Part shown: positions 1 to 11,043 of the stretch, piece after piece
Position numbering within the stretch: position 1 is the first letter of the stretch
Layout of the letters: every line of letters begins with the position of its first letter
Assembly (NCBI GenBank): GCA_963667725.2
Contig: CAXXHO010000005.1
Span: 416,001-480,000 of the forward strand
Direction: 5' to 3'
Length of the DNA stretch: 64,000 nucleotides
Origin: Treponemataceae bacterium
Lineage (GTDB): Bacteria; Spirochaetota; Spirochaetia; Treponematales; Rectinemataceae
Notes under the pieces: model-generated
Databases searched by the model: none
Told to the model about the DNA's origin: nothing
What the model saw: the letters and a program-made list of their open reading frames with translations, nothing else
Position numbers and translations under genes: made by a program

Positions 1-192
1 CAGATCTTGAAATAGCTTTCGAATATACTTTATGATTAATTTTATTTTCTCTATAAAGATACCAAAACTTTATATTCTTATCTTTTATACACCATATTAA
101 TAAAGGAACAACTGATAAAACATATATTATAGGTCGTGCAACATTGATAATGATTCTCTGAATGTGCCCTCTTTGCTTTCTAAATATGGTAC

Positions 193-1210
193 TCAGTAAC
201 TCCTAACGCATAAAGTGTTAGGATGGGAACGTGGGAAAATATAGAAGAATCACGAACAAAGATCGTGAAGAGATCACCGTTTACCTAAATCTTGGGAATA
301 GCCAAGAGGCTATCGCTAAAATGATGGGTTTTTCACAGTCAACCATATCGCGTGAACTTAAGAAGGGACACGATAGAGGCTTCTATAACCCATTTCTCGC
401 GCAGCGGACTACTGATAAGCGAGCAAAACGTAGAATCCCTGCGCTTAAGATAAATAGTCCAACATGGCAGGTGATCAAAAATCATCTTTCAATCCGTTGG
501 TCACCGTTTCAAATAGCAGACTTCCTGCATACTTGTTCAAACGATGCTACAATAATAGCTGTGAGCGAGAAAACGATCTATAGCTACCTTCATTTTCATA
601 TGAAGGGAGAACTGAAAAAGCTAGCGATTCTGGAGCTTCGTCAAAAGGGTAAAAAGCGTACAAAACGGGGTGAAGAAAAACGCGGAAAGCTTGCAAACAT
701 TACGCTTATTGACGAAAGGCCAGAAGAAGTAGATTCAAGAGCCGTCCCTGGCCATTGGGAAGGCGATCTGATTATTGGGAAAGATCATAAATCAGCATTA
801 AGCGTTATTGTCGAACGGCAAACACGATATGTTCTCATTGATCGACTTGAAGACTATTCAGCGGAAGAAGTCAGGAAAAGCATAGAGAAACGCCTTAAGA
901 CAATAGAGCCAAAGCTTGTAAAGAGCTTAACCTGTGATCAAGGCAAAGAAATGGCGGAGCATGAAAAACTGGCTTGCAGAATAAAGATGAAGGTTTACTT
1001 TTGTCACCCCCATTCTCCTTGGGAAAAGGGAACCTGTGAAAATACAAATTTCTTAATTCGTGATATGCTCGATGGAGAAACAGACTTTAGGAATCTAACC
1101 CAACGAGATATTTCGCGTGTTGCTCGATTACTTAATGAACGGCCAAGGCAAACTCTTGGGATGGTACCTCCCAAGAAAAAATTCGACTGTTTATGCAATG
1201 AGAGTTACTG
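193..1210 (+). mobile_element. IS30-family insertion sequence
   Basis: Imperfect terminal IRs (cagtaactc-N5-gcataaa / tttatgc-N5-gagttactg) and 2-bp target duplication AC (191-192, 1211-1212). Confidence 0.88.
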
Positions 1211-1211
1211 A
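231..1211 (+). CDS. IS30-family DDE transposase
   Basis: N-terminal HTH (SQSTISREL), GHWEGDLI, TCDQGKE and PWEKGTCENTN motifs. Confidence 0.95.
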   Translation: MGKYRRITNKDREEITVYLNLGNSQEAIAKMMGFSQSTISRELKKGHDRGFYNPFLAQRTTDKRAKRRIPALKINSPTWQVIKNHLSIRWSPFQIADFLHTCSNDATIIAVSEKTIYSYLHFHMKGELKKLAILELRQKGKKRTKRGEEKRGKLANITLIDERPEEVDSRAVPGHWEGDLIIGKDHKSALSVIVERQTRYVLIDRLEDYSAEEVRKSIEKRLKTIEPKLVKSLTCDQGKEMAEHEKLACRIKMKVYFCHPHSPWEKGTCENTNFLIRDMLDGETDFRNLTQRDISRVARLLNERPRQTLGMVPPKKKFDCLCNESY

Positions 1212-1520
1212 CAAACTATTGATTCATTGCTAATTACAATACATGGTTTCCCATTCTTACCTTTATGTAAATAGTAAGGGTCGAATGGCATATTAATACC
1301 AGGAAATACTTTAACTGTCTGTTTTTTTGCTATAATATAAATTGCATCAAGATTAGAAACATCTCCATTGTCAATTTGGCTTATCGTATTCTCAATTATT
1401 TTTTGTAGTCGTTCCTTATTATAATCTTCTGAATATATATAGAGATTGATCATATTTTCCTTTGAAATGTTTATTTATAACAGTGGTATTATATCTGATT
1501 GATTACTGCCCGTAGGGTCA

Positions 1521-1645
1521 ACCTAACATTGGCTTAACCTTTAAAGCCTGGCCCGAGCTACTGCGAGGGATTGGCGTGGTTTGTGCATGTGATTTCTGCA
1601 CAAACCATGACAAAAGGCTTTATAAGGTTGAAGCGTTTGTTCGAC
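1521..1645 (-). repeat. attC site 1
   Basis: acctaac...gcttaacc...ggttgaagc...gttcgac palindrome. Confidence 0.93.
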
Positions 1646-1667
1646 GTCTTCTTCTTTACTTTTGATC

Positions 1668-1696
1668 TTGACATATCACTATAGTATCATTATTAT
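1668..1696 (+). promoter_or_regulatory. sigma70-type promoter of Phd/ParE TA cassette
   Basis: TTGACA-17bp-TATTAT with overlapping palindrome atcat-tatt-atgat; GGAGG precedes ATG 1714. Confidence 0.8.
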
Positions 1697-1713
1697 GATA
1701 TTGGAGGCTAATT

Positions 1714-1971
1714 ATGCCAATCATTCGCCCTATCTCTGATCTTAGAAATAACTTCTCTACTATATCTGAAGCTGTACATACTGATAATGAACCAATCTTC
1801 CTTACAAAAAATGGTGTTGGCGATATGGTCGTAATGTCTTTAGACTATTATGAACGCCAACTCGCTAAAATTGAATTATATCAAAAACTTAATGATGCTA
1901 GATCTGAAATTGCTCATGGAGCCAAAGGCAAAAATGCTAAAGCGGTTCTTTCTAGCCTAATAACAAAATGA
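1714..1971 (+). CDS. Phd/YefM-family antitoxin
   Basis: IRPISDLRNNF...PIFLTKNG...VVMSL motif; overlaps toxin start. Confidence 0.9.
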   Translation: MPIIRPISDLRNNFSTISEAVHTDNEPIFLTKNGVGDMVVMSLDYYERQLAKIELYQKLNDARSEIAHGAKGKNAKAVLSSLITK

Positions 1972-2276
1972 GTAATCCTACTTACTCTGTATTAATCTAT
2001 CCTAGAGCAGAAAATGATCTTCTGGAAATAAAAGGATACTTTGAAAATACATTAAAAACGTCAGCAATTCCTTTATTCGAAAAGTTTTATTCACACATTG
2101 AAAGGCTTGAAGTAAATCCTCTTATTCATCCATTAGTGAAAGATGCCTATTTACATCAATTAGGCTATCGTATGATTCCAATCGATAACTTTCTGGTTTT
2201 CTATATTTTAAATGACAAAGAAGTACAAATTCACCGATTTTTATATGGAAAGAGAAATTATCTATCATTTTTGTAA
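1968..2276 (+). CDS. RelE/ParE-family toxin
   Basis: AENDLLEI...YRMIPIDNFLVFY...IHRFLYGKRNY; coupled to antitoxin. Confidence 0.88.
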   Translation: MSNPTYSVLIYPRAENDLLEIKGYFENTLKTSAIPLFEKFYSHIERLEVNPLIHPLVKDAYLHQLGYRMIPIDNFLVFYILNDKEVQIHRFLYGKRNYLSFL

Positions 2277-2361
2277 TTCATATAGCTGCTAAATATTTTC
2301 AACGGTTTTGCGCCGAAGGCGTCCGTCGAACATTGGCTTAACCTTTAAATCCGCGCCTGAG

Positions 2362-4284
2362 CTGGCGTTGTACAGTGCGCGGTATAGAAAATCTTGCTAA
2401 TACTCTATAAATAATAGAGTTATACGATTGCAGTCGAAAATCTTTTATACCGCAACAGGATCTCTTGCTACTGTAGCAAGAACTTTCTTTGGTAATTCAA
2501 TAGTTAAGCGCTTGAAAATGTCCTTCGCCTCGTCGGAAATATCAGAGCAATACCAGAGGCTTACATTGTCGCTCTCAATAAGCCCTGCAGTAACATCGGA
2601 CAGAACTTTTTCAATCTGGTACCACGACCGGTCCGCCATATTCTCTGCATACCGTACCAGCACCATGGCAAGCCAGCAAATAAGAATATGGCTTCGAATA
2701 CGATCATCAAGTCGGTGGTATATGGGACGAATATCCAAGGTGTTTTTCATATCCTTGAATACCCGCTCTATGGCCCAGAGCTGCTTATAGCCGGCAACAA
2801 TATCGGCAGCATCCAGCTTCATGCTGGACGTCGACACTAGAAACTTGCCATCAAGGAGTTCCTCTGAGGCTATCTTGGCGGTGTCGAGGTGCAAGACACC
2901 CTTCGTATCCTGCCTAATGTATCTGCCATAGGCGGAATGAGAGCGTAGCGCACACGCCGCTTTCGTGTGTGCTTTCCCCGTATACTGCGACAGTTCATCA
3001 AGCTTGCGCTTCGTAGCATCGACGATTTGTTCGCGTATGACATGGTCGCGCGTTTCGGCTTCCGGATTCTTGACGATGATGAATCGGCGCTCCGTGGCTT
3101 TCCCTGCATCGAGGACGACATCTTTAATCGCGAGGCCACTTTCCAGGATCCTGAATCGCCCTTTCCGGTGTAGGGCTTCTACCGCGGCGCCATCGGTACC
3201 AACGCGGAGCTTTTCGCCGATGATATAGTCACCGCATTCCCGTAAAAGGATTCTTCTGTTGTCGGCACTATTGAATCCTGCATCTTGGACCATGACGACA
3301 TGACCAAGATTCCACTGTCCTAGATCACCTTTCACCTGCTCGACGATCGTCTGGTCGCTCGTGTTGCCCGGGAATACCCAGCAGCGAATAGGAATGCCGC
3401 TACGCGTCACCGCAAAGGCAATCGAAACCAAGGGTAGCTCGGGGTGCCCATCCTTGCTGTGGCCACGTTTTAAGAGTCCCGAGCTGGAAGCATCTTCATC
3501 GGTCTCGAAATAGGTGTTCGTCGTATCAAGAAAGATAAGATCCACATCAAGGTGGGCATTCTTTGATACTTCGGTAAATATGTGCTTCTGGAGTTCTTCG
3601 CTCGACTCCACAAGAAGATCCATCGCCCGGTAAAGATTGTGAACATCGACGTTCACAAGATCCCTGATATATGCTTTCTTTGAAACCCAGTGTTCAAGAG
3701 AAAGCTTCGAACCCGGAGCCAGGATCCTGCCTGCAACCATGGCAAAGCAGAGCCGTTCGACGGGTGTGGCGAACTGGCGTTCGTTAAGAAGCCCTTTGAT
3801 AGCCTTTGCCATGCCAAGACGATTCCATAGGGCATCTAGAAGCCAGGTGCCCCCAAGCTCCCGACTTGAATGGAAGTCAAATCCGGCGGGGACTTCAGAA
3901 GGATATTCGCCTAAGACCGCAGACAGTGCCTTGATGATCGCCTGGATGTAGGAAGGCTCGATCTGATCTTCCCGTCCGAGCTTCATAAGGACATTGGTTT
4001 TGGTCTTTCCTGTTTCCTTGACGCGGTAGTTGTGCACAAGTTGAAGGTACGTATAGGTACCGCCTTGAGCATTCTTTAGGGTACATTTCCGTACGTTCAT
4101 TATACCGCTAATTATACAACATAGTGTTTTATCTGTAAAGTTTTATTTCGAATATTTATAAATATCTTATACCGCATTTGCATCATGCTTTTTGTACAGT
4201 CCGTTTTTAGTTATTTGTTGTCAGTATAATATATTAAGCTGCTTTATTGCTTACTGTATTATACCACACGCTGTACAACGTCAG
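2362..4284 (-). mobile_element. IS1634-family element, copy 1 (1923 bp)
   Basis: ~25-bp TIRs (ctggcgttgtacagtgcgcggtata / tataccacacgctgtacaacgtcag); TSD CTGAG. Confidence 0.92.
2445..4100 (-). CDS. IS1634-family transposase
   Basis: 551 aa; FLDTTNTYFE, RGHSKD, FPGNTSD and YKQLWAIERVFK motifs. Confidence 0.9.
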   Translation of the reverse strand: MNVRKCTLKNAQGGTYTYLQLVHNYRVKETGKTKTNVLMKLGREDQIEPSYIQAIIKALSAVLGEYPSEVPAGFDFHSSRELGGTWLLDALWNRLGMAKAIKGLLNERQFATPVERLCFAMVAGRILAPGSKLSLEHWVSKKAYIRDLVNVDVHNLYRAMDLLVESSEELQKHIFTEVSKNAHLDVDLIFLDTTNTYFETDEDASSSGLLKRGHSKDGHPELPLVSIAFAVTRSGIPIRCWVFPGNTSDQTIVEQVKGDLGQWNLGHVVMVQDAGFNSADNRRILLRECGDYIIGEKLRVGTDGAAVEALHRKGRFRILESGLAIKDVVLDAGKATERRFIIVKNPEAETRDHVIREQIVDATKRKLDELSQYTGKAHTKAACALRSHSAYGRYIRQDTKGVLHLDTAKIASEELLDGKFLVSTSSMKLDAADIVAGYKQLWAIERVFKDMKNTLDIRPIYHRLDDRIRSHILICWLAMVLVRYAENMADRSWYQIEKVLSDVTAGLIESDNVSLWYCSDISDEAKDIFKRLTIELPKKVLATVARDPVAV

Positions 4285-4381
4285 CTGAGCAACTGCGAAG
4301 GCTTGGCTTGGTTTGTGCATGGGAATTCTGCACAAACCATGCCAAAGGATTTATAAGGTTGAAGCAGTTGTTAGGCGCTTT

Positions 4382-5122
4382 TTAATTAGCTTTATTTACG
4401 ATTCCACGTTTTTTCAATATTTCTTCTCTTTGCTTCTTTATTTCTTCTCTTGCTTCTTTTTTTCCAGTTTCACTAGTTTTTTTTGTTGCAGATTCAATAA
4501 TATTTTTCGCCATCTTAATAAGATCTTCTGTAACCTCAGGCTTTATTTTCCATTTGTCAAACCAATGTCCTAACGCTATGGGATTGACTTGAGATATATC
4601 AACTGCTCCATACTGTACCCGATATACCACAACATGCTGTAGTTTTTGCTGAAACCCTTTTGAAATGATTGTATACCGCCAATACCAAACATCACATCGA
4701 CACAAAAAATTACCATCAGGATATATTATATACTGTTTATACTGATGCTCTTCATATCCACCAGTTCCTAAAACAGTATCTAGTCCAACTTGAACTAATG
4801 TTTTTATAAAATCACCAACAGTTTTTGCACTTGCCTCATTACCAAGTGCAAATGAAAAATCAACAATTTTCCCAATTGATTCAGAGATAGGTGACGACTC
4901 AATATTTGCAATAACATGCATTTGTTCATCTTGAAAATCTTTAGTACTTCCCGGAGCAAGACAATCATCATTTGCCTTTTCCCATGAATCTTTCATTTCA
5001 TTTTTAAATTCTGCTAACTTTGCTTGTGCAAGTTTTATAAGAACATTCATCATCTCTTTAAGTTGTGCTTCTACTTCTTTTGAAGTATCAAGGTCTCTTA
5101 CAAATTTTGCTGCTGCACCCAT
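4382..5122 (-). CDS. Hypothetical protein
   Basis: Fills the cassette; AGGAG upstream of ATG 5122. Confidence 0.75.
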   Translation of the reverse strand: MGAAAKFVRDLDTSKEVEAQLKEMMNVLIKLAQAKLAEFKNEMKDSWEKANDDCLAPGSTKDFQDEQMHVIANIESSPISESIGKIVDFSFALGNEASAKTVGDFIKTLVQVGLDTVLGTGGYEEHQYKQYIIYPDGNFLCRCDVWYWRYTIISKGFQQKLQHVVVYRVQYGAVDISQVNPIALGHWFDKWKIKPEVTEDLIKMAKNIIESATKKTSETGKKEAREEIKKQREEILKKRGIVNKAN

Positions 5123-5217
5123 ACTACTCTCCTTCATCTCAATTTGATTTTCGAAAGAAGAATAATAATCACGAAAGGTCCTCCTTTATCTTTCTTATAA
5201 TGTAGCCCGAAGGGTCC

Positions 5218-5342
5218 GCCTAACATTGGCTTAACCCTTAACGCCTGCTCCTGAGCGAAGCGAAGGATTGGCGTGGTTTTTGCGTGATCTTCTCGCAAAA
5301 ACCATGACAAAAGGCGTTATAGGGTTGAAGCATTTGTTAGAA
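5218..5342 (-). repeat. attC site 3
   Basis: Dominant attC subtype. Confidence 0.93.
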
Positions 5343-5425
5343 ATCTTCCTTTTGTCTCTCAATGTCTTTTATAATTGTCTTCGATAAATGTCTTCTTCTT
5401 TCTCTATATTTTAAGTTTCTTCTCT

Positions 5426-5776
5426 TTATTCAATAATATCTTCTTTATTCTCATATTTAATATAATCTTCTCTTCTTGGGCTAAAGACTTCTATTGCTAC
5501 TGAATCTTCAAGTATTTCTGCCTTATGGTTAACATTTGATATTATTGTCCAACTATCACCTGGATGTAGTACTTTAGATTTTCCATCAATAAAGAGCCTA
5601 ATGCTGCCTTTTACGAGATATCCAGTCTGTTCATTTATATGTTTATGTTCAGGAAGTGAAGCATCCTTTTTAAGAATAAACTCAACCATTAATGATTTTT
5701 CACCATAATTTATAGTTTTAATACTGATACCATCAAGTATTTCTTTGTATCCATTTTGTGATTCAGTACCAAACAT
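5426..5776 (-). CDS. Cupin-domain protein
   Basis: PEHKHINEQTGY...G...NVNH cupin motifs. Confidence 0.85.
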   Translation of the reverse strand: MFGTESQNGYKEILDGISIKTINYGEKSLMVEFILKKDASLPEHKHINEQTGYLVKGSIRLFIDGKSKVLHPGDSWTIISNVNHKAEILEDSVAIEVFSPRREDYIKYENKEDIIE

Positions 5777-5849
5777 ATGCGTTTCTCCATTAGGTAGATT
5801 TCTAATCATTTCAATGAATAGCTATAATTCTTCCTGCGCGGGAGCGTCT

Positions 5850-5998
5850 TTCTAACATTAGCTTAACCCGCGAACGCGCCCTGCTACTGCAGGTTGGCGC
5901 TAGGCTTGCTGCTCTCATTTGCCCATCTTACATTTGTGTATATTCAAGCCTGCAAGCATTGTGCCAAAGCGTGAGTCGGGTTGAAGCAGGTGTTAGGT
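5850..5998 (-). repeat. attC site 4 (divergent interior)
   Basis: gcttaacccg...cgggttgaagc outer stem; unrelated central region. Confidence 0.88.
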
Positions 5999-6016
5999 TG
6001 ATAGTATTAATACTAT

Positions 6017-6763
6017 TTATGATACAGCCATTAACAACATACCAGGTACGTATAATATCCATGTTGCAAAGAATGCAATATCTTCAAGACCCTTTATATG
6101 AAGGTTATAAATTAGTCCGATTAATTCCATTACAAAGACTAATGTTGCTCCTACAGCAATTAATATACCCTTTTCTTTAGCGTATATATTGTTCTTGAGC
6201 GTTGCCCAGCCAGTCCACAATACTGTAACCAAGCATAATCCATATCCTACACCGAGACCTAGTAATCCAAATTGATTAAGGCTTTTCCCTAGTATTATCA
6301 AAAGAGCTATAAATGGAATATAGAAATATAATCCAAATAGAATTCCCTTCTTATTCAATTTTCCATCAACTTTGAGATAATTAAAGAAATTAGCATTACT
6401 TATTGATATCAATAACAATGCAGGAATGAATAAATAACCGCCTATTGCAAATACTTGTGCATCTGAATAGATTTTATATGTATTCAATAAGACCGCAACA
6501 TCCCCCAAAAATGCAAGGAAAAACCCTAGCCAGCGCAGTAGATCCTTGATAGTTCTCTTATTCAATATCCATGCATAGAAAGTAATAAATGCACATGAAA
6601 ATGATGCAAGCCCCTTAAGATATATAGTTACAGCCGATCGAGTGCCGTTAAGATATGCGATTATATCTAGCGTTACAAAACACGCCCACAATAGGATAAC
6701 AATCATAGAGAGTACTTTAAGCTTTTGATTAATCACCTGAGGCCTTTTCACATATGTTTCCAT
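6017..6763 (-). CDS. Multi-pass membrane protein, YhhN/lysoplasmalogenase-like
   Basis: Seven to eight hydrophobic segments; FLGDVAVLL...FAIGGYLF. Confidence 0.6.
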   Translation of the reverse strand: METYVKRPQVINQKLKVLSMIVILLWACFVTLDIIAYLNGTRSAVTIYLKGLASFSCAFITFYAWILNKRTIKDLLRWLGFFLAFLGDVAVLLNTYKIYSDAQVFAIGGYLFIPALLLISISNANFFNYLKVDGKLNKKGILFGLYFYIPFIALLIILGKSLNQFGLLGLGVGYGLCLVTVLWTGWATLKNNIYAKEKGILIAVGATLVFVMELIGLIYNLHIKGLEDIAFFATWILYVPGMLLMAVS

Positions 6764-6798
6764 AATTACCCTCGATTATGTTTACTAATATTTATTCA

Positions 6799-6923
6799 AC
6801 CTAACATTGGCTTAACCCTTAACGCTTGTTCCTGAGCGAAGCGAAGGATTGGCGTGGTTTTTGCGTCATCTTCTAGCAAAAACCATGACAAAAGGCGTTA
6901 TAGGGTTGAAGCATTTGTTAGAT
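6799..6923 (-). repeat. attC site 5
   Basis: Dominant attC subtype. Confidence 0.93.
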
Positions 6924-6928
6924 TTTAA

Positions 6929-7528
6929 TTATTTCTTTACCAATTCATATTTTACATTATTAATCATTGTCTTTCCTCTTTGACTGTTCCCTTTATACTC
7001 TGCCCCATTCTTTAATATTTCTATCATTTTTCCTTTATCTATTATCGCCTTATATTGAACTTCACTTGGATCCTTTGAATTTCCATCAAAGGTAGCTTCA
7101 AATACTATTGTAAACTTGCCATCAGTTACTGCCTTACCATTATCATCTGTAAAATCCCAATAATATTTTTGCTCACCAGTCTTTGGTGTTGCTCCACTTA
7201 TTAGGTCAACTTGTTTTTTCCCAATTTTGCTAATATTTGATTTCTTTACCCATACAGGAATCGCTTCAGGTCTAGTTTTCCACCCTTTTGTAGCTGTAAA
7301 TTTTGTGACATATATTGTCTTTACATATTCGCCATTTTCATTTTCAACCCATATAGCATATTGATTGCTACTAAAGCCAGAAACTTTAGAATAAAGAAAT
7401 GATATTTCTATGCTTTGGTTATCCTTATTTTGAGCATAGATGATACTAGTACTCAATAGAAGCATTATAGCAATTAGAACAAATACCTTATCCTTAGATT
7501 TTCTTATAATACGCATAATTCCCCTCAC
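6929..7528 (-). CDS. Secreted DUF2271-like protein
   Basis: Signal peptide; QYAIWVE...YVKTIYVT and VDLISGATP motifs. Confidence 0.7.
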   Translation of the reverse strand: MRGIMRIIRKSKDKVFVLIAIMLLLSTSIIYAQNKDNQSIEISFLYSKVSGFSSNQYAIWVENENGEYVKTIYVTKFTATKGWKTRPEAIPVWVKKSNISKIGKKQVDLISGATPKTGEQKYYWDFTDDNGKAVTDGKFTIVFEATFDGNSKDPSEVQYKAIIDKGKMIEILKNGAEYKGNSQRGKTMINNVKYELVKK

Positions 7529-7665
7529 AATTTATTATTCTAGTATATTCAATATAACTCATGCGTTTTGTAAAACTAGCATCTTGTTACTATTTTGTTG
7601 GAATAAATGTATATACTTTCTTTTACCAAAGAAGAAAATCTTTTACAGAGTTAGTTATTCAATAA

Positions 7666-7788
7666 ATCTAACATTGGCTTAACCTTTAAATCCGCGCCTG
7701 AGCGTAGCGAAGGCTTGGCATGGTTTGTGCATTGTTGTTCTGCACAAACCATGCCAAAGGATTTATAAGGTTGAAGCATTTGTTAGAT
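7666..7788 (-). repeat. attC site 6
   Basis: attC palindrome. Confidence 0.93.
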
Positions 7789-8237
7789 TTTATTATTTCT
7801 TAGGGGCTGTACTAGATAAAATCAGATGTTATACTTAAATAGTGATCATAAGTCATTGCAGGTTAATGAAAAGAACACAAGAAAGACTCCTCGAATTTTT
7901 TGTGCTAGAAGTAACTGCTAGATCTGCTGCAAATATACTAGGAATTCATCCTAATTCTGCAGCTCTTTTCTATCGGAAAATTCGTCAAGTTATTGCCTTC
8001 TATTTAGCCCTGGAAGCAGCAGAAGTATTCAATGGCGAAGTAGAAATCGATGAAAGCTACTTCGGTGGAGTTCGCAAAGGGAAACGAGGCCGAGGCGCTG
8101 CTGGGAAAGTAGTCGTCTTTGGCATGTTAAAGCGCCATGGCAAGGTTTTCACCGTTGTTGTGGAGAATACCAAGACAAAGACCCTAATGAACGAAATTGC
8201 CCGTAAAATCAAGCCAGATAGTGTTGTCTATTCTGAT

Positions 8238-10160
8238 CTGGCGTTGTACAGTGTGTGGTATAAAGCAGCAAGTAATAAAGTAGCTTAATATATTATACTG
8301 ACAACAAATAACTAAAAACGGACTGTACAAAAAGCATGATACAAATGCGGTATAAGATATCTATAAATATTCGAAATAAAACTTTACAGATAAAACACTA
8401 TGTTGTATAATTAGCGGTATAATGAACGTACGAAAATGTACCCTAAAGAATGCTCAAGGCGGTACCTATACTTACCTTCAACTTGTGCACAACTACCGCG
8501 TTAAGGAAACAGGAAAGACCAAGACCAATGTCCTTATGAAGCTCGGACGGGAAGATCAGATCGAGCCTTCCTACATCCAGGCGATCATTAAGGCATTGTC
8601 CGCGGTCTTGGGCGAATCTTCTTCCGGGACGTTTGCCGAATTTGACTTCCACGCAAGCAGGGAGCTTGGCGGCACCTGGCTTCTCGATGCTTTGTGGAAT
8701 CGACTCGGCATGGCCAAGGCTATCAAAGGGCTTCTTAAGGAACGACAGTTCGCCACACCCGTTGAACGGCTCTGCTTTGCCATGGTTTCAGGAAGAATAC
8801 TCGCTCCGGGTTCGAAGCTTTCTCTTGAGCACTGGGTTTCAAAGAAAGCCTTTATTAAAGACCTTAACGAGGTAGACGTTCATAATCTTTATAGGGCGAT
8901 GGATCTTCTTGTGGCGTCGAACGAGGAACTCCAGAAGCAGATATTCACCGAAGTGTCGAAGAATACGCATCTCGACGTGGATCTCATCTTCCTCGATACG
9001 ACGAACACCTATTTCGAGACCGATGAAGATGCTTCCAGCTCGGGACTCTTAAAACGTGGCCACAGCAAGGATGGGCACCCCGAGCTACCCTTGGTTTCGA
9101 TTGCCTTTGCGGTGACGCGTAGCGGCATTCCTATTCGCTGCTGGGTATTCCCGGGCAACACGAGCGACCAGACGATCGTCGAGCAGGTGAAAGGTGATCT
9201 AGGACAGTGGAATCTTGGTCATGTCGTCATGGTCCAAGATGCAGGATTCAATAGTGCCGACAACAGAAGAATCCTTTTACGGGAATGCGGTGACTATATC
9301 ATCGGCGAAAAGCTCCGCGTTGGTACCGATGGCGCCGCGGTAGAAGCCCTACACCGGAAAGGGCGATTCAGGATCCTGGAAAGTGGCCTCGCGATTAAAG
9401 ATGTCGTCCTCGATGCAGGGAAAGCCACGGAGCGCCGATTCATCATCGTCAAGAATCCGGAAGCCGAAACGCGCGACCATGTCATACGCGAACAAATCGT
9501 CGATGCTACGAAGCGCAAGCTTGATGAACTGTCGCAGTATACGGGGAAAGCACACACGAAAGCGGCGTGTGCGCTACGCTCTCATTCCGCCTATGGCAGA
9601 TACATTAGGCAGGATACGAAGGGTGTCTTGCACCTCGACACCGCCAAGATAGCCTCAGAGGAACTCCTTGATGGCAAGTTTCTAGTGTCGACGTCCAGCA
9701 TGAAGCTGGATGCTGCCGATATTGTTGCCGGCTATAAGCAGCTCTGGGCCATAGAGCGGGTATTCAAGGATATGAAAAACACCTTGGATATTCGTCCCAT
9801 ATACCACCGACTTGATGATCGTATTCGAAGCCATATTCTTATTTGCTGGCTTGCCATGGTGCTGGTACGGTATGCAGAGAATATGGCGGACCGGTCGTGG
9901 TACCAGATTGAAAAAGTTCTGTCCGATGTTACTGCAGGGCTTATTGAGAGCGACAATGTAAGCCTCTGGTATTGCTCTGATATTTCCGACGAGGCGAAGG
10001 ACATTTTCAAGCGCTTAACTATTGAATTACCAAAGAAAGTTCTTGCTACAGTAGCAAGAGATCCTGTTGCGGTATAAAAGATTTTCGACTGCAATCGTAT
10101 AACTCTATTATTTATAGAGTATTAGCAAGATTTTCTATACCGCGCACTGTACAACGCCAG
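8238..10160 (+). mobile_element. IS1634-family element, copy 2 (1923 bp)
   Basis: Same TIRs; TSD CTGAT. Confidence 0.92.
8422..10077 (+). CDS. IS1634-family transposase
   Basis: 551 aa, near-identical to copy 1. Confidence 0.9.
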   Translation: MNVRKCTLKNAQGGTYTYLQLVHNYRVKETGKTKTNVLMKLGREDQIEPSYIQAIIKALSAVLGESSSGTFAEFDFHASRELGGTWLLDALWNRLGMAKAIKGLLKERQFATPVERLCFAMVSGRILAPGSKLSLEHWVSKKAFIKDLNEVDVHNLYRAMDLLVASNEELQKQIFTEVSKNTHLDVDLIFLDTTNTYFETDEDASSSGLLKRGHSKDGHPELPLVSIAFAVTRSGIPIRCWVFPGNTSDQTIVEQVKGDLGQWNLGHVVMVQDAGFNSADNRRILLRECGDYIIGEKLRVGTDGAAVEALHRKGRFRILESGLAIKDVVLDAGKATERRFIIVKNPEAETRDHVIREQIVDATKRKLDELSQYTGKAHTKAACALRSHSAYGRYIRQDTKGVLHLDTAKIASEELLDGKFLVSTSSMKLDAADIVAGYKQLWAIERVFKDMKNTLDIRPIYHRLDDRIRSHILICWLAMVLVRYAENMADRSWYQIEKVLSDVTAGLIESDNVSLWYCSDISDEAKDIFKRLTIELPKKVLATVARDPVAV

Positions 10161-10476
10161 CTGATGCCTATCACAGTTACGATGCATTGGATGTTAGTGA
10201 ATTCCATCATCATCGAATAAATCATTCAGATGTATTTGTTGATGAAAAGAATCACATCAACGGAATAGAAAACTTCTGGAACCAGGCCAAGAGAGTCTTA
10301 AGAAAGTACAATGGAATAGACAAGAAATATTTCTATCTGTTCCTGAAAGAATGTGAGTTCCGATTCAACTATGGAACACCAAAGAATCAACTTAAAATTC
10401 TTAGAAAATGGTGCTCAATCTAGACTTTTATCTAGTACAGCCCCATTTCTTATATATAATTTTTAGCTATTGTTTT

Positions 10477-10818
10477 TCATGGTTTTAAATATGCATACCC
10501 TTCAAGTTGTTTCTCAATTATTTCTTTAACCCCAATAGGAACTACTTTTACAAATGCATATAACATTCCCTTTTCAATTTTTAAGCTATTTAATGCATTG
10601 TTACATGCTATGATGCTTATGCCTTTTCCCCCTAATTCTTCAAGACTAGTATTATCAAATCCTGCATCTTGCTTATAACGTAAAACAGCTTTTGAGTTTG
10701 CTACTATCTCTACTTCTGAATCTTCAATGTTGATGCCCTTAACCAAATTTTTTACATTGGTTATTAACAAATCCCACTTTTCCATTTCATCAATATGAAA
10801 TACTGCTTTAATCTTCAT
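10477..10818 (-). CDS. DsrE/DsrF-like protein
   Basis: KAVFHIDE, IACNNAL, VPIGVKEI...QLEGYAYLKP. Confidence 0.8.
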   Translation of the reverse strand: MKIKAVFHIDEMEKWDLLITNVKNLVKGINIEDSEVEIVANSKAVLRYKQDAGFDNTSLEELGGKGISIIACNNALNSLKIEKGMLYAFVKVVPIGVKEIIEKQLEGYAYLKP

Positions 10819-11043
10819 TTTCTTCTCCTCATTCTCGTTGCCTATAGATTTTCACATCAACAAGTATTATTTCACAATATCATAATATTTGCATATTAAG
10901 TCTATCTATCTTATAATAATGAATAACTAAATTTTCTACTGAATGCATTAATATGAATAATGATTTCTATTCCATTGTAAACAATAGCCATAACATTTAT
11001 CTACCAAAGCAGCCAATCTTTTTCAGAGTTAGTTATTCAATAA

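Larger units (their letters stand above)
1..1453 (-). pseudogene. Cassette gene (hypothetical protein) interrupted by IS30
   Basis: ORF starting at 1453 runs into the IS. Removing 193-1212 restores one open frame (...SNESIVC-TIFRKQRGH...) that continues off the window start. Confidence 0.8.
2325..4376 (-). repeat. attC site 2, split by IS1634 copy 1
   Basis: Left half 2325-2361 and right half 4285-4376 rejoin into a normal attC. Confidence 0.92.
7842..10423 (+). pseudogene. IS1595 transposase split by IS1634
   Basis: Segments 7842-8237 and 10166-10423 rejoin to match the intact gene at 21890-22543. Confidence 0.92.
7803..10444 (+). mobile_element. IS1595-family element copy 1, interrupted by nested IS1634
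   Basis: TIR ggggctgtactagataaaa / ttttatctagtacagcccc; 8-bp TSD ATTTCTTA. Confidence 0.92.
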
